This document shows, piece after piece, positions 23,471-30,871 of a DNA stretch of 32,000 nucleotides. The DNA is taken from contig NC_017080.1 of NCBI RefSeq assembly GCF_000284115.1, positions 2,550,001 through 2,582,000 on the forward strand. Direction: 5' to 3'. The notes under the pieces are model-generated. The model did no database searches. It had not been told where the DNA came from and saw only the letters and a list, made by a program, of their open reading frames with translations. Position numbers and translations under genes: made by a program. This DNA is from Phycisphaera mikurensis NBRC 102666. Lineage in GTDB: Bacteria; Planctomycetota; Phycisphaerae; Phycisphaerales; Phycisphaeraceae. Position 1 is the first letter of the stretch. Each line of letters starts with the position of its first letter.

Positions 23471-24721
23471 CTAGAGCACGGTGCGCGGGCTCAGGTCTGG
23501 AGACCCGCTCGCCGTCGCTCGGCCTCGGGCGTTCGAGCCGCGACCCGGGCCGGGCACGAGGGACGCCCGGTGCCCGGCCGGGCCTCGGGCCCGCAGCACC
23601 AGGCAGACGACCTCGGCGGGCGCGAAGGTCCGCAGGGGGAACCAGTTCCCGCTGCCGTTGCTGACGACCGCCAACGCGCCGGGGGCCGGCTCCGTCTTCT
23701 CGTACACGCCGCTCCAGTAGCGGTACATGAGCGGGCCGGGGCCGACGCCGCCGGGGAGCATGAGCTGGCCGCCGTGGGTGTGGCCGGTGAGGGTGAGCGG
23801 GACGCCGGCGGCGGCGGCGGTGTCGAAGGCGTGGGGGTGGTGGGCGAGGCAGATGCAGAAGGCCCCGGGCCGACGCGCAAATCCGCGGACCGTCGCCTCG
23901 AAGGCGTCGTCGAGCTCGCGGTCCGCGGCCCACCGCAGGCCCAGCAGGTCGACGGGGACGCCGCGGATCGTCAGGGCCCGGCCCTCGTCGACCAGCAGGT
24001 CGACGCCGCGCCCGCGGACCTCCCGCCGGAAGGCGTACGCACCCTCGAAGAGGTCGTGGTTGCCCTCGACGGCGAAGACGCCGTGCCGCGATCGGCAGGC
24101 GCTGAGCAGCTTGCAGCCGGCGGCGATGTCCTCGTGCTCGGCGTTGACGAGGTCGCCGGTGAAGCAGACGAGGTCGGCCCCGAAGCCGTTGACGGCGGCG
24201 GCGATGCGGTCGAGCACCGGCCCGCGGGTGAAGGCGCCGACGTGGGTGTCGGAGACGTGCACGACCCGCAAGCCCTCGAGGGCGGGCGGAAGGCCGGGCA
24301 CCGCCAGCTCCCGCTCGCGGGCGACGAAGCCGCGGGACTGCACGAGCCCAACGGCGGTGCCGACCGCGGCGAGCACCGGCGGGCCCGCGACCACGGCGCC
24401 GAGGAGGGCGCGGCGGCCCGGCTCGGGGGTCTCGCCTCTCCCGCGAAGGCCGCGGAGGGCCAGCGCCACGGCGAGCAGGAACACCGCGGGCGCGAGGAGG
24501 ATCAGCGTCCACGCCAGCGCGAAGCCGTGCGCCCACGCGGGGAGCGTGAAGCCGGCGGCGCGGGCCGCCAGGACGCCGAAGACGAGGACCAGCTGGAACA
24601 TCCCGTAGGCGGCGACCGCGAGCCGGGCCCGGCGGCCTGCGACCAAGCGATCGGCGAGCAGCCACCACAAGGCAGAGCAGCCCAGGACGGCGGAGAGGAT
24701 GGCGATGACGAACACGGGCAT
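23471..24721 (-). CDS. Membrane-anchored metallophosphoesterase (calcineurin-like, YkuE/MPP type), 416 aa
   Basis: About 4 N-terminal TM helices, then LRVVHVSDTHVG, CFTGDLV, EGNHD and TGHTHGGQ (the canonical MPP motifs D-x-H, GD, GNH, GH-x-H). The stop TAG (23471-23473) lies inside the CTAG duplicated by the IS. Confidence 0.85.
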   Translation of the reverse strand: MPVFVIAILSAVLGCSALWWLLADRLVAGRRARLAVAAYGMFQLVLVFGVLAARAAGFTLPAWAHGFALAWTLILLAPAVFLLAVALALRGLRGRGETPEPGRRALLGAVVAGPPVLAAVGTAVGLVQSRGFVARERELAVPGLPPALEGLRVVHVSDTHVGAFTRGPVLDRIAAAVNGFGADLVCFTGDLVNAEHEDIAAGCKLLSACRSRHGVFAVEGNHDLFEGAYAFRREVRGRGVDLLVDEGRALTIRGVPVDLLGLRWAADRELDDAFEATVRGFARRPGAFCICLAHHPHAFDTAAAAGVPLTLTGHTHGGQLMLPGGVGPGPLMYRYWSGVYEKTEPAPGALAVVSNGSGNWFPLRTFAPAEVVCLVLRARGPAGHRASLVPGPGRGSNARGRATASGSPDLSPRTVL

Positions 24722-24800
24722 CGCGCCAGTGAAGGCGCAACGCCGCGTCGGGCCGGCCGGACCCGCGCGGTCGCCCCGCGGCCGGGCGGCCGAAGCACCG

Positions 24801-25796
24801 TCAGGCGGAGGCCGAAGACGTCAGCCGGTGCTCGGCTTCGGCGTAGCGCTCCGCGGTTCTCTGCACGATCTCGGGGGGCAGCTCCGGGCCCGGCGCGGCC
24901 TTGTTCCAGCGGCCGGCCGCGGCCTCGTCCAGCAGCCACGACCGCACGAACTGCTTGTCGAAGCTCGGCGGCTCCGCCCCGGGCCGCCAGCACTCGGCGG
25001 GCCAGAACCGGGAGGAGTCCGGTGTCAGCGCCTCGTCCACGAGCACCGGCGTGCCGTCCACCAGGCCGAACTCGAACTTCGTGTCGGCCAGCAGCACCCC
25101 CCTCGCCTCCGCCACCGCGGCGCCCGCCGCGTAGAGAGCGAGCGAGGCGTCCCGCAGCGTCGTCATCAGCCCCAGCCCGACCGACCCGGCCGCCTGCTCG
25201 AAGCTCACCGGAGCGTCGTGGGCGCCGCGCTCCGCCTTGGTCGTCGGCGTGAAGATCGGCTCGGGCAGCTTCTCGCTCTCCACGAGGCCCACCGGCAGCG
25301 CAACGCCGCAGACGTGGCCGGTCTGCCGGTAGCTCGACCAGCCTGAGCCGGTGAGGTAGCCGCGGACGACGCACTCCACGGGCACGACCTCGGCGGGGAG
25401 CCCGATCATCACGCGGCCGCGGAGGGCTTCGGCCTGGGCGTCGCTGAGCCCCGCGACGTGGGCGGGGTCGGTCGAGATCAGGTGGTGCCGCAGCGGCCCG
25501 CCGAAGCCGGGCACCGGGTCGGCGCTGAGCGGGCCGCGCAGGAAGCCGTCGGCCTCGAGCTTCGCGAACCACCACGCCGCGATCCGCGTGAGCGTGGGGC
25601 CCTTGCCCGGCACCGCCGTCGGGAGGACGACGTCGAACGCGGACAGCCGGTCGGTCGCCACCAGCAGCACCGCGTCCCGCTCGCCGCCGGGGCAGTCGGC
25701 CGTGGTGCGGCACGCGTACACGTCCCGCACCTTGCCGACGCGGCGGCCCGGCAGCGGCAGATCGGTGGAAGTCACAACGCTGGCGGCGGCTCGCAT
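24801..25796 (-). CDS. purC: Phosphoribosylaminoimidazole-succinocarboxamide (SAICAR) synthase, long form, 331 aa
   Basis: GKVRDVYA...LLVATDRLSAFDVVLP..VPGKG..L and LADTKFEFGL (SAICAR synthase signatures). ATG at 25796 (MRAAASVVTSTDL...); the ORF extends 18 codons further upstream. Confidence 0.88.
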   Translation of the reverse strand: MRAAASVVTSTDLPLPGRRVGKVRDVYACRTTADCPGGERDAVLLVATDRLSAFDVVLPTAVPGKGPTLTRIAAWWFAKLEADGFLRGPLSADPVPGFGGPLRHHLISTDPAHVAGLSDAQAEALRGRVMIGLPAEVVPVECVVRGYLTGSGWSSYRQTGHVCGVALPVGLVESEKLPEPIFTPTTKAERGAHDAPVSFEQAAGSVGLGLMTTLRDASLALYAAGAAVAEARGVLLADTKFEFGLVDGTPVLVDEALTPDSSRFWPAECWRPGAEPPSFDKQFVRSWLLDEAAAGRWNKAAPGPELPPEIVQRTAERYAEAEHRLTSSASA

Positions 25797-25825
25797 GCGC
25801 TCAGAGTAAAGCAGCAGGACGCCAA

Positions 25826-25848
25826 CCCATCCCCCAGCCCCCCCGCCC
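25826..25848 (-). other. G-quadruplex-capable tract on the minus (purC sense) strand: GGG-C-GGGGGGG-CT-GGGGG-AT-GGG
   Basis: The plus strand reads ccc at ccccc ag ccccccc g ccc. That is four or more runs of at least 3 C/G with 1-2 nt loops, 30-52 nt upstream of the purC ATG. Confidence 0.5.
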
Positions 25849-25852
25849 ACCG

Positions 25853-25940
25853 CCTCCCCGCTTCTTCACTTCTTCACTTCCCCGCTTCTTCACTTCCCCG
25901 CTTCTTCGCTTCCCCGCTTCATCGCTCCCCCGCTTCTCCG
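25853..25940. repeat. 8-bp-periodic tandem array (CTTCNNCR; 16-bp super-unit CTTCTTCACTTCCCCG), about 11 units, between the sigma-factor stop and purC
   Basis: In register from 25861: cttcttca, cttcttca, cttccccg, cttcttca, cttccccg, cttcttcg, cttccccg, cttcatcg, ctcccccg, cttctccg, preceded by cctccccg. Confidence 0.88.
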
Positions 25941-25946
25941 CCCCCC

Positions 25947-26930
25947 CTACGCCGCCTCCGCCTTCACCACCTCGTCCTCCCGCTCCTTCGCCCGCGCAGC
26001 TTCCTTCTTCTTCGCCGCCATCGTGGCCTTCCGCTTCTCCTGGCTGGCCTTCTTCTTCTCCGCTTCCTTGATCTTCGTCTTGATGCGGACGGCGGCGAGC
26101 GGGCGGTCGCTCTGGAAGCGCTCGTTGAGCTTGCGGAGCGCCTCGATCTCGATCTGCCGGACGCGTTCGCGGGTCAGCCCGACGTGGGTACCGATCTGCT
26201 TGAGCGTCAGCGGCTCCTCGCCGTCGAGGCCGAAGCGGAGGCGGAGGATCTTGGCCTCCCGTTCGTCGATCGCGTCGAGCAGCTGGCGGACCGTGTTGAG
26301 GTTGTCCTCGTGGACGACCCGGTCTTCCGGGCCGGGCTGCTGGTCGTCGGCGAGCAGCTGGCCGAGCGTCGGCGGGCTGCCCTCGCCGCCATCACTCTCC
26401 TGCATGGGCCGCTTCTTCGCGACGGCGGCCTTGATGACGAAGCGGACCTTCTTCTCGGTGACCTCCATCCGCTCGGCGAGCTCGTCGATCTCGGGGCTGC
26501 GGCCGAGCTCGTCGGTGAGGTTCCGCGTCTCCTTCTTCCAGCGCGCGATCAGCTCCACCATGTACGCGGGGATGTGCACGGGCTGGCCGGAGTTGATGAG
26601 CGCCCGCTTGATCGCCTGCTTGATCCACCAGCAGCCGTAGGTGCTGAAGCGGGCCCCGTACTCGGGGTCGAAGCCCTCGACGCCGCGCATGAGCCCGACG
26701 TTGCCCTCGTTGATGAGGTCCTGCAGCAGCATGCCGCGGTTCTGGTACCGCTTCGCGATCATCACCACCAGGCGGAGGTTCGCCCGGATCATGTGCTCCC
26801 GCGAGGCCATGCAGCCCTCGTGGATGATCTTGCGGGCGAGGGTCTTCTCCTCCTCGGCGGTCAGCAGCGGGACCTCGTTGATCTGGCTGAGGTACACGTC
26901 CAGATCGGATTGGATGCGCTTCGACGCCAT
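25947..26930 (-). CDS. Sigma-70 family sigma factor, RpoD/RpoS-like (regions 1.2-4.2, no region 1.1) with a roughly 50-aa Lys/Ala/Glu-rich C-terminal extension, 327 aa
   Basis: ATG at 26930. DLDVYLSQINEVPLLTAEEEKTLARKI (region 1.2); ANLRLVVMIAKRYQNRGMLLQDLINEGNVGLMRGVEGFDPEYGARFSTYGCWWIKQAIKRAL (region 2); LTLKQIGTHVGLTRERVRQIEIEALRKL (region 4.2 HTH); tail ...VRIKTKIKEAEKKKASQEKRKATMAAKKKEAARAKEREDEVVKAEAA. Confidence 0.88.
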   Translation of the reverse strand: MASKRIQSDLDVYLSQINEVPLLTAEEEKTLARKIIHEGCMASREHMIRANLRLVVMIAKRYQNRGMLLQDLINEGNVGLMRGVEGFDPEYGARFSTYGCWWIKQAIKRALINSGQPVHIPAYMVELIARWKKETRNLTDELGRSPEIDELAERMEVTEKKVRFVIKAAVAKKRPMQESDGGEGSPPTLGQLLADDQQPGPEDRVVHEDNLNTVRQLLDAIDEREAKILRLRFGLDGEEPLTLKQIGTHVGLTRERVRQIEIEALRKLNERFQSDRPLAAVRIKTKIKEAEKKKASQEKRKATMAAKKKEAARAKEREDEVVKAEAA

Positions 26931-27082
26931 GGCGTTGCCGTTCGTTTCTTCTCGCGGGGAGGCGCGGCCGGTGCCTGCGCCCGGCCACGGCATCGGCCCG
27001 GCCGGGCCGCCGCTTAAGCCCGCTCGCTCGCCCCCGACGCGTCCGCCCGACGCCCCTCCTGCCGACGCCGTACCTTCCGCGG

Positions 27083-28966
27083 GTGACGCTGGCACGGCAG
27101 GACCCCGATCCCTCGCGACCCGCCAGCTTGGCGAATGCGCTGGCGGGCTCGCTGCAGCCGGTCACGCGGGCGCTGGCCGGCCCGGTCCGCGCGGCCCGGG
27201 CTTATGGGACGGCCGAGCTGCGGGGCGACGCGGCCTCGGCGGTCACGGTGGCGCTGGTGGCGCTGCCCCAGGCGGTGGTCTTCGCGGCGGTGGCCGGTGT
27301 GCCGCCGGTCGTCGGCGTCTACACGATGGTCGTCGGCGCGGTCGTCGGCGGGCTCTTCACCGGGAGCCGCTTCCTGTCGATCGGGCCGACGAACACCGCG
27401 GCGATCCTCATCGGCGGCGTGGTGGCGGGCCTGGGCGCGGGCGCGTCCGCCGAGCGGGTGATGGCGGCGGTCGTCGCGGTCACCGTGCTCTCGGGCCTCC
27501 TCCAGGTCCTCGCGGCGGTCGCCCACCTCGGCGAGCTGGTCCGCTACGTCTCGCGCAGCGTCATCGTCGGGTTCGCCGCGGGCGCGGGCGTGCTGATCGC
27601 GGTGAAGCAGCTGCCGGTGTTCCTGGGGGTCCCGGTGGCGGACGTGCCCGCCCGCTTCACCGGCGTCGCGGGCACGCTCGACCAGCTGCTGCGCGCCGAC
27701 GCCGCGCCGAGCCTCCGCGCCGTGGCGCTGGGCCTGCTGGCGGTCGGCGTGACGCTGGCCTGCAAGCGGGCGTCCAGGTACCTGCCGTCGTACCTCGTCG
27801 CGATCGTCGCCGCGGCGGCGGCGGCCGGCCTCCTGGGCTGGGGTCCCGCCGAGGTCGCGTTCGTCCCGGAGATGCCCCAGGACCTGCCAACGCCGGCGCT
27901 CCCGCCGCTGGATCTGGGCGCCTGGCGGGAGCTGCTGCTCCCCGCGGCCGCGCTCGCGCTGGTGGGGATGATCGAGGCCTGCGCGATCGGCAAGACGCTG
28001 GCCGCCCGGGCGGGCGAGCGGATCGAGCCGGAGGTCGAGTTCGTCGCGATGGGCTTCTCGCGCGTGGCGGCCGGCCTCTTCGGGGGCATGGCACCGGCGG
28101 CGAGCTTCTCGCGGTCGGCGCTCGCGGCCGACGCGGGCGCCCGCACCCGCTTCAGCTGCGTCTACGCGGGCGTCGTCACCGCCGTGGTCTTCCTGGCGCT
28201 CGCCCCGCTCGCGCGGTCGCTGCCGATGGCCGCCATCGCCGGCGTGCTCTTCGTCATCGCCTACGGGCTGGTGGATTGGCGGTACGCCCGCCGGCTGATT
28301 CACAGCAACAACGCCGACTTCATCGTCTGCCTGGGCACCTTCCTCGCCACGCTGATCCTCTCGCTGGAGCTCGCGGTGTTCGTCGGCGTCTTCCTGAACC
28401 TTGCGCTCTACCTGCGGCGGGCCCGGCAGGTCTTCATGGTGGAGCTGGTGGAGACGCCCGAAGCCGCCGACGCCCCCGGCGGCGCCGCCGCGTTGCCGGG
28501 CTCCACCGGCTACCTGGAGCGGCCGCTGCGGAAGAGCGACGGCGACCACCACGGCGAGGTCGTGTTCCTGCAGCTCGAGGGCAACCTCTTCTTCGCCGCC
28601 GCCGACGAGCTGCAGGACCGCTTCGCCCGGCTGGCCGCGGGAGAGGCCCGGGCGGTGATCCTCCGCCTGAAGCGGTGCCACATGGTCGACGCGACCGTCA
28701 TGGACGTCCTCGGCGAGTTCGCCACGAACCTCAGGGGCCGCGGCAAGGCGCTGCTGCTCTGCGGCGTGCGGCCGCGGATGAAGGAGCGGATGCAGGAGTA
28801 CGGCCTCGTCGACCTGATCGGCGAGCACCGGGTGCACCTCGGCGGCGAGGGCATGTTCCACTCCAGCAAGGCGGCGGTGGCGCAGGCCCGCCGCATCGTG
28901 CGGGGCGAGGCGGAGGAAGACACCGCAGCCTCCACCCGCGGGAGGGAGTGGGCGTATGACATCTGA
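27083..28966 (+). CDS. SulP family inorganic anion transporter with C-terminal STAS domain, 627 aa
   Basis: AVTVALVALPQAVVFAAVAGVPPVVGVYTMVVGAVVGGLFTGSRFLSIGPTNTAAIL (SulP N-motifs), about 10-12 TM helices, and a STAS-like end (VVFLQLEGNLFFAAADELQDRF...AVILRLKRCHMVDATVMDVLGEF...LLLCGVRPRMKERM). GTG start at 27083. Confidence 0.88.
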   Translation: MTLARQDPDPSRPASLANALAGSLQPVTRALAGPVRAARAYGTAELRGDAASAVTVALVALPQAVVFAAVAGVPPVVGVYTMVVGAVVGGLFTGSRFLSIGPTNTAAILIGGVVAGLGAGASAERVMAAVVAVTVLSGLLQVLAAVAHLGELVRYVSRSVIVGFAAGAGVLIAVKQLPVFLGVPVADVPARFTGVAGTLDQLLRADAAPSLRAVALGLLAVGVTLACKRASRYLPSYLVAIVAAAAAAGLLGWGPAEVAFVPEMPQDLPTPALPPLDLGAWRELLLPAAALALVGMIEACAIGKTLAARAGERIEPEVEFVAMGFSRVAAGLFGGMAPAASFSRSALAADAGARTRFSCVYAGVVTAVVFLALAPLARSLPMAAIAGVLFVIAYGLVDWRYARRLIHSNNADFIVCLGTFLATLILSLELAVFVGVFLNLALYLRRARQVFMVELVETPEAADAPGGAAALPGSTGYLERPLRKSDGDHHGEVVFLQLEGNLFFAAADELQDRFARLAAGEARAVILRLKRCHMVDATVMDVLGEFATNLRGRGKALLLCGVRPRMKERMQEYGLVDLIGEHRVHLGGEGMFHSSKAAVAQARRIVRGEAEEDTAASTRGREWAYDI

Positions 28967-29861
28967 CCCCCGGCCCGAGGGCACGCTGGTGTTCCATCAG
29001 GCGGCGCTGGGTGACTTCGTGCTCACCTGGCCGCTGCTCCGCCGGCTGCCGGGCCCGGTCCGCGTGGTCGCTCCCTGGAGCCACGCGACGCTCGCCGCGG
29101 CCGCCCTGCCGGGCGTCGGGGGCGTCAGCATCGAGCAGTTCGAGTTCACGCGGATGCACAGCCCCGGCGGGCCGTCGACGCTCTCGCCGGCCGTCCGCGA
29201 GCTCTTCGCCTCCGCCGCGTGCGTCGTCGGCTTCGTGGGCGGCTGCACGGGCGTCTGGGCCGCAAACGCGGACCGCTTGCTCGGCCACGCCGAGCGCGTG
29301 CTGCTGGACCCGCGGCCGCCGGAGGGCTTCGCCGGGCACGTGACGGCCTGGCACGCGGGGGCGGTCGGCGCGCGGATCCCGCTGGCCGCGGAGGCGACGC
29401 CCGCCCCGGCCGACCCGGCCGGCTCCGGCGAGGTCCTGCTGCACCCCGGCTCGGGCGGCGTCATGAAGTGCTGGCCGCGGGCGAGGTTCGCGGCGCTGGC
29501 GGAGCGGCTGGTCGCCGGCGGCCGGCGCGTCGGCTTCGTCGTCGGCGAAGCCGAGGCCGAGCGGTGGGACGCGGACGCCTTCGAGGAGCTCCGCGTCGAC
29601 GGCGTGGGCCTCACGCGGATCCGCGATCTCGCGGAACTCGTCGAGAAGATCCGGCGTTGCCGCGTCTACGTCGGCAACGACGCGGGGCCCACCCACCTCG
29701 CCGCGCAGCTCGGCGTGCCGACGCTGGCGCTCTTCGGCCCCAGCGACCCGGTCCGCTTCCGCCCCGTCGGCCCGCGCGTGCGGGTCCTGGCGCCTCCGGT
29801 GCCGACCGCGATGCGCTGGCTCGGCGTGGAGGCGGTCCGCGACCAGATCGCGAGCTTCTGA
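28956..29861 (+). CDS. Glycosyltransferase family 9 (heptosyltransferase-like), short form, 301 aa
   Basis: HQAALGDFVLTWPLLRRL (GALGD-type N-motif), LLHPGSGGVMKCWPRARFAALAERL and YVGNDAGPTHLAAQLGVPTLALFGPSDP (the GT9 C-terminal signature). The ATG at 28956 overlaps the SulP 3' end by 11 nt. Confidence 0.8.
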   Translation: MTSDPRPEGTLVFHQAALGDFVLTWPLLRRLPGPVRVVAPWSHATLAAAALPGVGGVSIEQFEFTRMHSPGGPSTLSPAVRELFASAACVVGFVGGCTGVWAANADRLLGHAERVLLDPRPPEGFAGHVTAWHAGAVGARIPLAAEATPAPADPAGSGEVLLHPGSGGVMKCWPRARFAALAERLVAGGRRVGFVVGEAEAERWDADAFEELRVDGVGLTRIRDLAELVEKIRRCRVYVGNDAGPTHLAAQLGVPTLALFGPSDPVRFRPVGPRVRVLAPPVPTAMRWLGVEAVRDQIASF

Positions 29862-29991
29862 GGACCCGCGGATCTGGAGAAGCCGGGCGGGCCACCCGCG
29901 GTTGCCCGCCGGCTCGCTCGCTCAGGCTTCCGCACGCGCGGCGCGAGCGGGCCACCCGCGTAGGTGGCGTAAAGACCCAGCGGGGAGCGGA

Positions 29992-30786
29992 CTACAGGTT
30001 CACCGTCTGCACGCTGCCGCCGTCGACCCGGAAGTTCGCGCCGTTGACGAAGCTGGCGTGCTCGCTCACGAGGAAGGCGATCACGGCGGCGACCTCCTCG
30101 GGGCGGCCGCGTCGCTTCAGCTCCAGGTGCGGCCGCTCCTCGTCGAGGAAGCTCTCCACGGCCTCGTCCATCGACGTGCCCCGCTGCTCCGCCCGCTTCT
30201 GCATCATCCCGTCGGTCATGCCGGTCTTCACGAAGGCGGGGGCGACGCAGTTGACCAGCACGCCCGAGCGGGCGCAGGTCATCGAGAGGCTCTTCGCGAA
30301 GGAGAGGATCCCGCTCTTGGCGACGTTGTAGACAACCTCGTCGGGGTAGGGCTGCGCCGCGTTCTCGCTGGTGACGAAGACGGCCCGGCCCCAGCCGCGC
30401 TCCTTCATGCCCGGGAGCAGGCCCCGGGCCGCCCGCACGGCGCCCATGAAGTCGATCTGGTGGGCGTGCGCCCAGTCCTCCTCGGTCATCTCCAGCGGGT
30501 CGCCCTTGGCCCCGGTGACGCCGGCGGCGTGCACGAGGATGTCGGCGGGGATGGAGCGGAGGCGGTCGGCGGCGGAAGGCTCGGAGAGGTCCAGCTGCAG
30601 CGTGCAGACCTCGGCGCCGGCGTGCTTCTCGCGGACGCCGGCGGCCGCGGCGTCGAGCTTGTCCTGGCTCAAGCCCGACAGAACGAGCTTCACGCCCTCC
30701 GCCGCGAGCAACGCCGCGGTGGCCGAGCCCATGCCCCCGCCGCCGCCGGTGATCAGGGCCGTCCGTCCGTCGATGCCGAGATCCAT
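29992..30786 (-). CDS. Short-chain dehydrogenase/reductase (SDR) family oxidoreductase, 264 aa
   Basis: TALITGGGGGMGSATAALLAAEGVKLVL (TGxxxGxG Rossmann motif), NAAQ.. then YNVAKSG (YxxxK catalytic motif) and VNCVAPAFVKT. Confidence 0.85.
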   Translation of the reverse strand: MDLGIDGRTALITGGGGGMGSATAALLAAEGVKLVLSGLSQDKLDAAAAGVREKHAGAEVCTLQLDLSEPSAADRLRSIPADILVHAAGVTGAKGDPLEMTEEDWAHAHQIDFMGAVRAARGLLPGMKERGWGRAVFVTSENAAQPYPDEVVYNVAKSGILSFAKSLSMTCARSGVLVNCVAPAFVKTGMTDGMMQKRAEQRGTSMDEAVESFLDEERPHLELKRRGRPEEVAAVIAFLVSEHASFVNGANFRVDGGSVQTVNL

Positions 30787-30871
30787 GGCCGAACGCTAGG
30801 CCCGCCCAAATCCGCGGACCGCGGGCTCTTCTGCGTGAAAAGGCCGACGGTCCGCGGCGGCCCGGCCGGGC

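Noticed and set aside
22026-23480. An alternative IS model in which CTAG belongs to the inverted repeats and the duplication is only 2 bp (AG/CT). The pre-insertion sequence would then read ...ACC GTG CTT GGC CGC ATG..., an in-frame metallophosphoesterase-cyclase fusion disrupted by the IS.
   Set aside because: It cannot be excluded from sequence alone. However, IS5-group elements characteristically duplicate a 4-bp YTAR/CTAG target, and the cyclase has its own ATG and a normal N-terminus for the family. An empty-site sequence from a relative would settle it.
27090-27105. TGGCAC on the plus strand at the start of the SulP gene (TGGCACGGCAGGACCC), considered as a sigma-54 promoter.
   Set aside because: The -12 position reads GACC rather than TTGC, and the motif lies inside the predicted CDS, 8 nt after its GTG. 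Other TGGCAC/GTGCCA occurrences (about 3141, 17351, 22258, 28676 and 29348) likewise lack a correctly spaced TTGC.
28956-28966. The 11-nt overlap between the SulP 3' end and the GT9 start, as evidence of a functional SulP-GT9 unit.
   Set aside because: Short overlaps are common in compact GC-rich operons, and nothing in the sequence links anion transport and GT9 activity. It is noted only as co-transcription.
29887-29960. A 14-bp direct repeat, GCGGGCCACCCGCG, at 29887-29900 and 29947-29960. Each copy forms a small hairpin (GCGGG-cca-CCCGC). They lie between the convergent GT9 and SDR genes and were considered as terminators or a mobile-element footprint.
   Set aside because: The stems are only 5 bp, no U-tracts follow on either strand, and there are no flanking inverted repeats or ORF. 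They are plausibly weak terminator-like structures, but there is too little to call.
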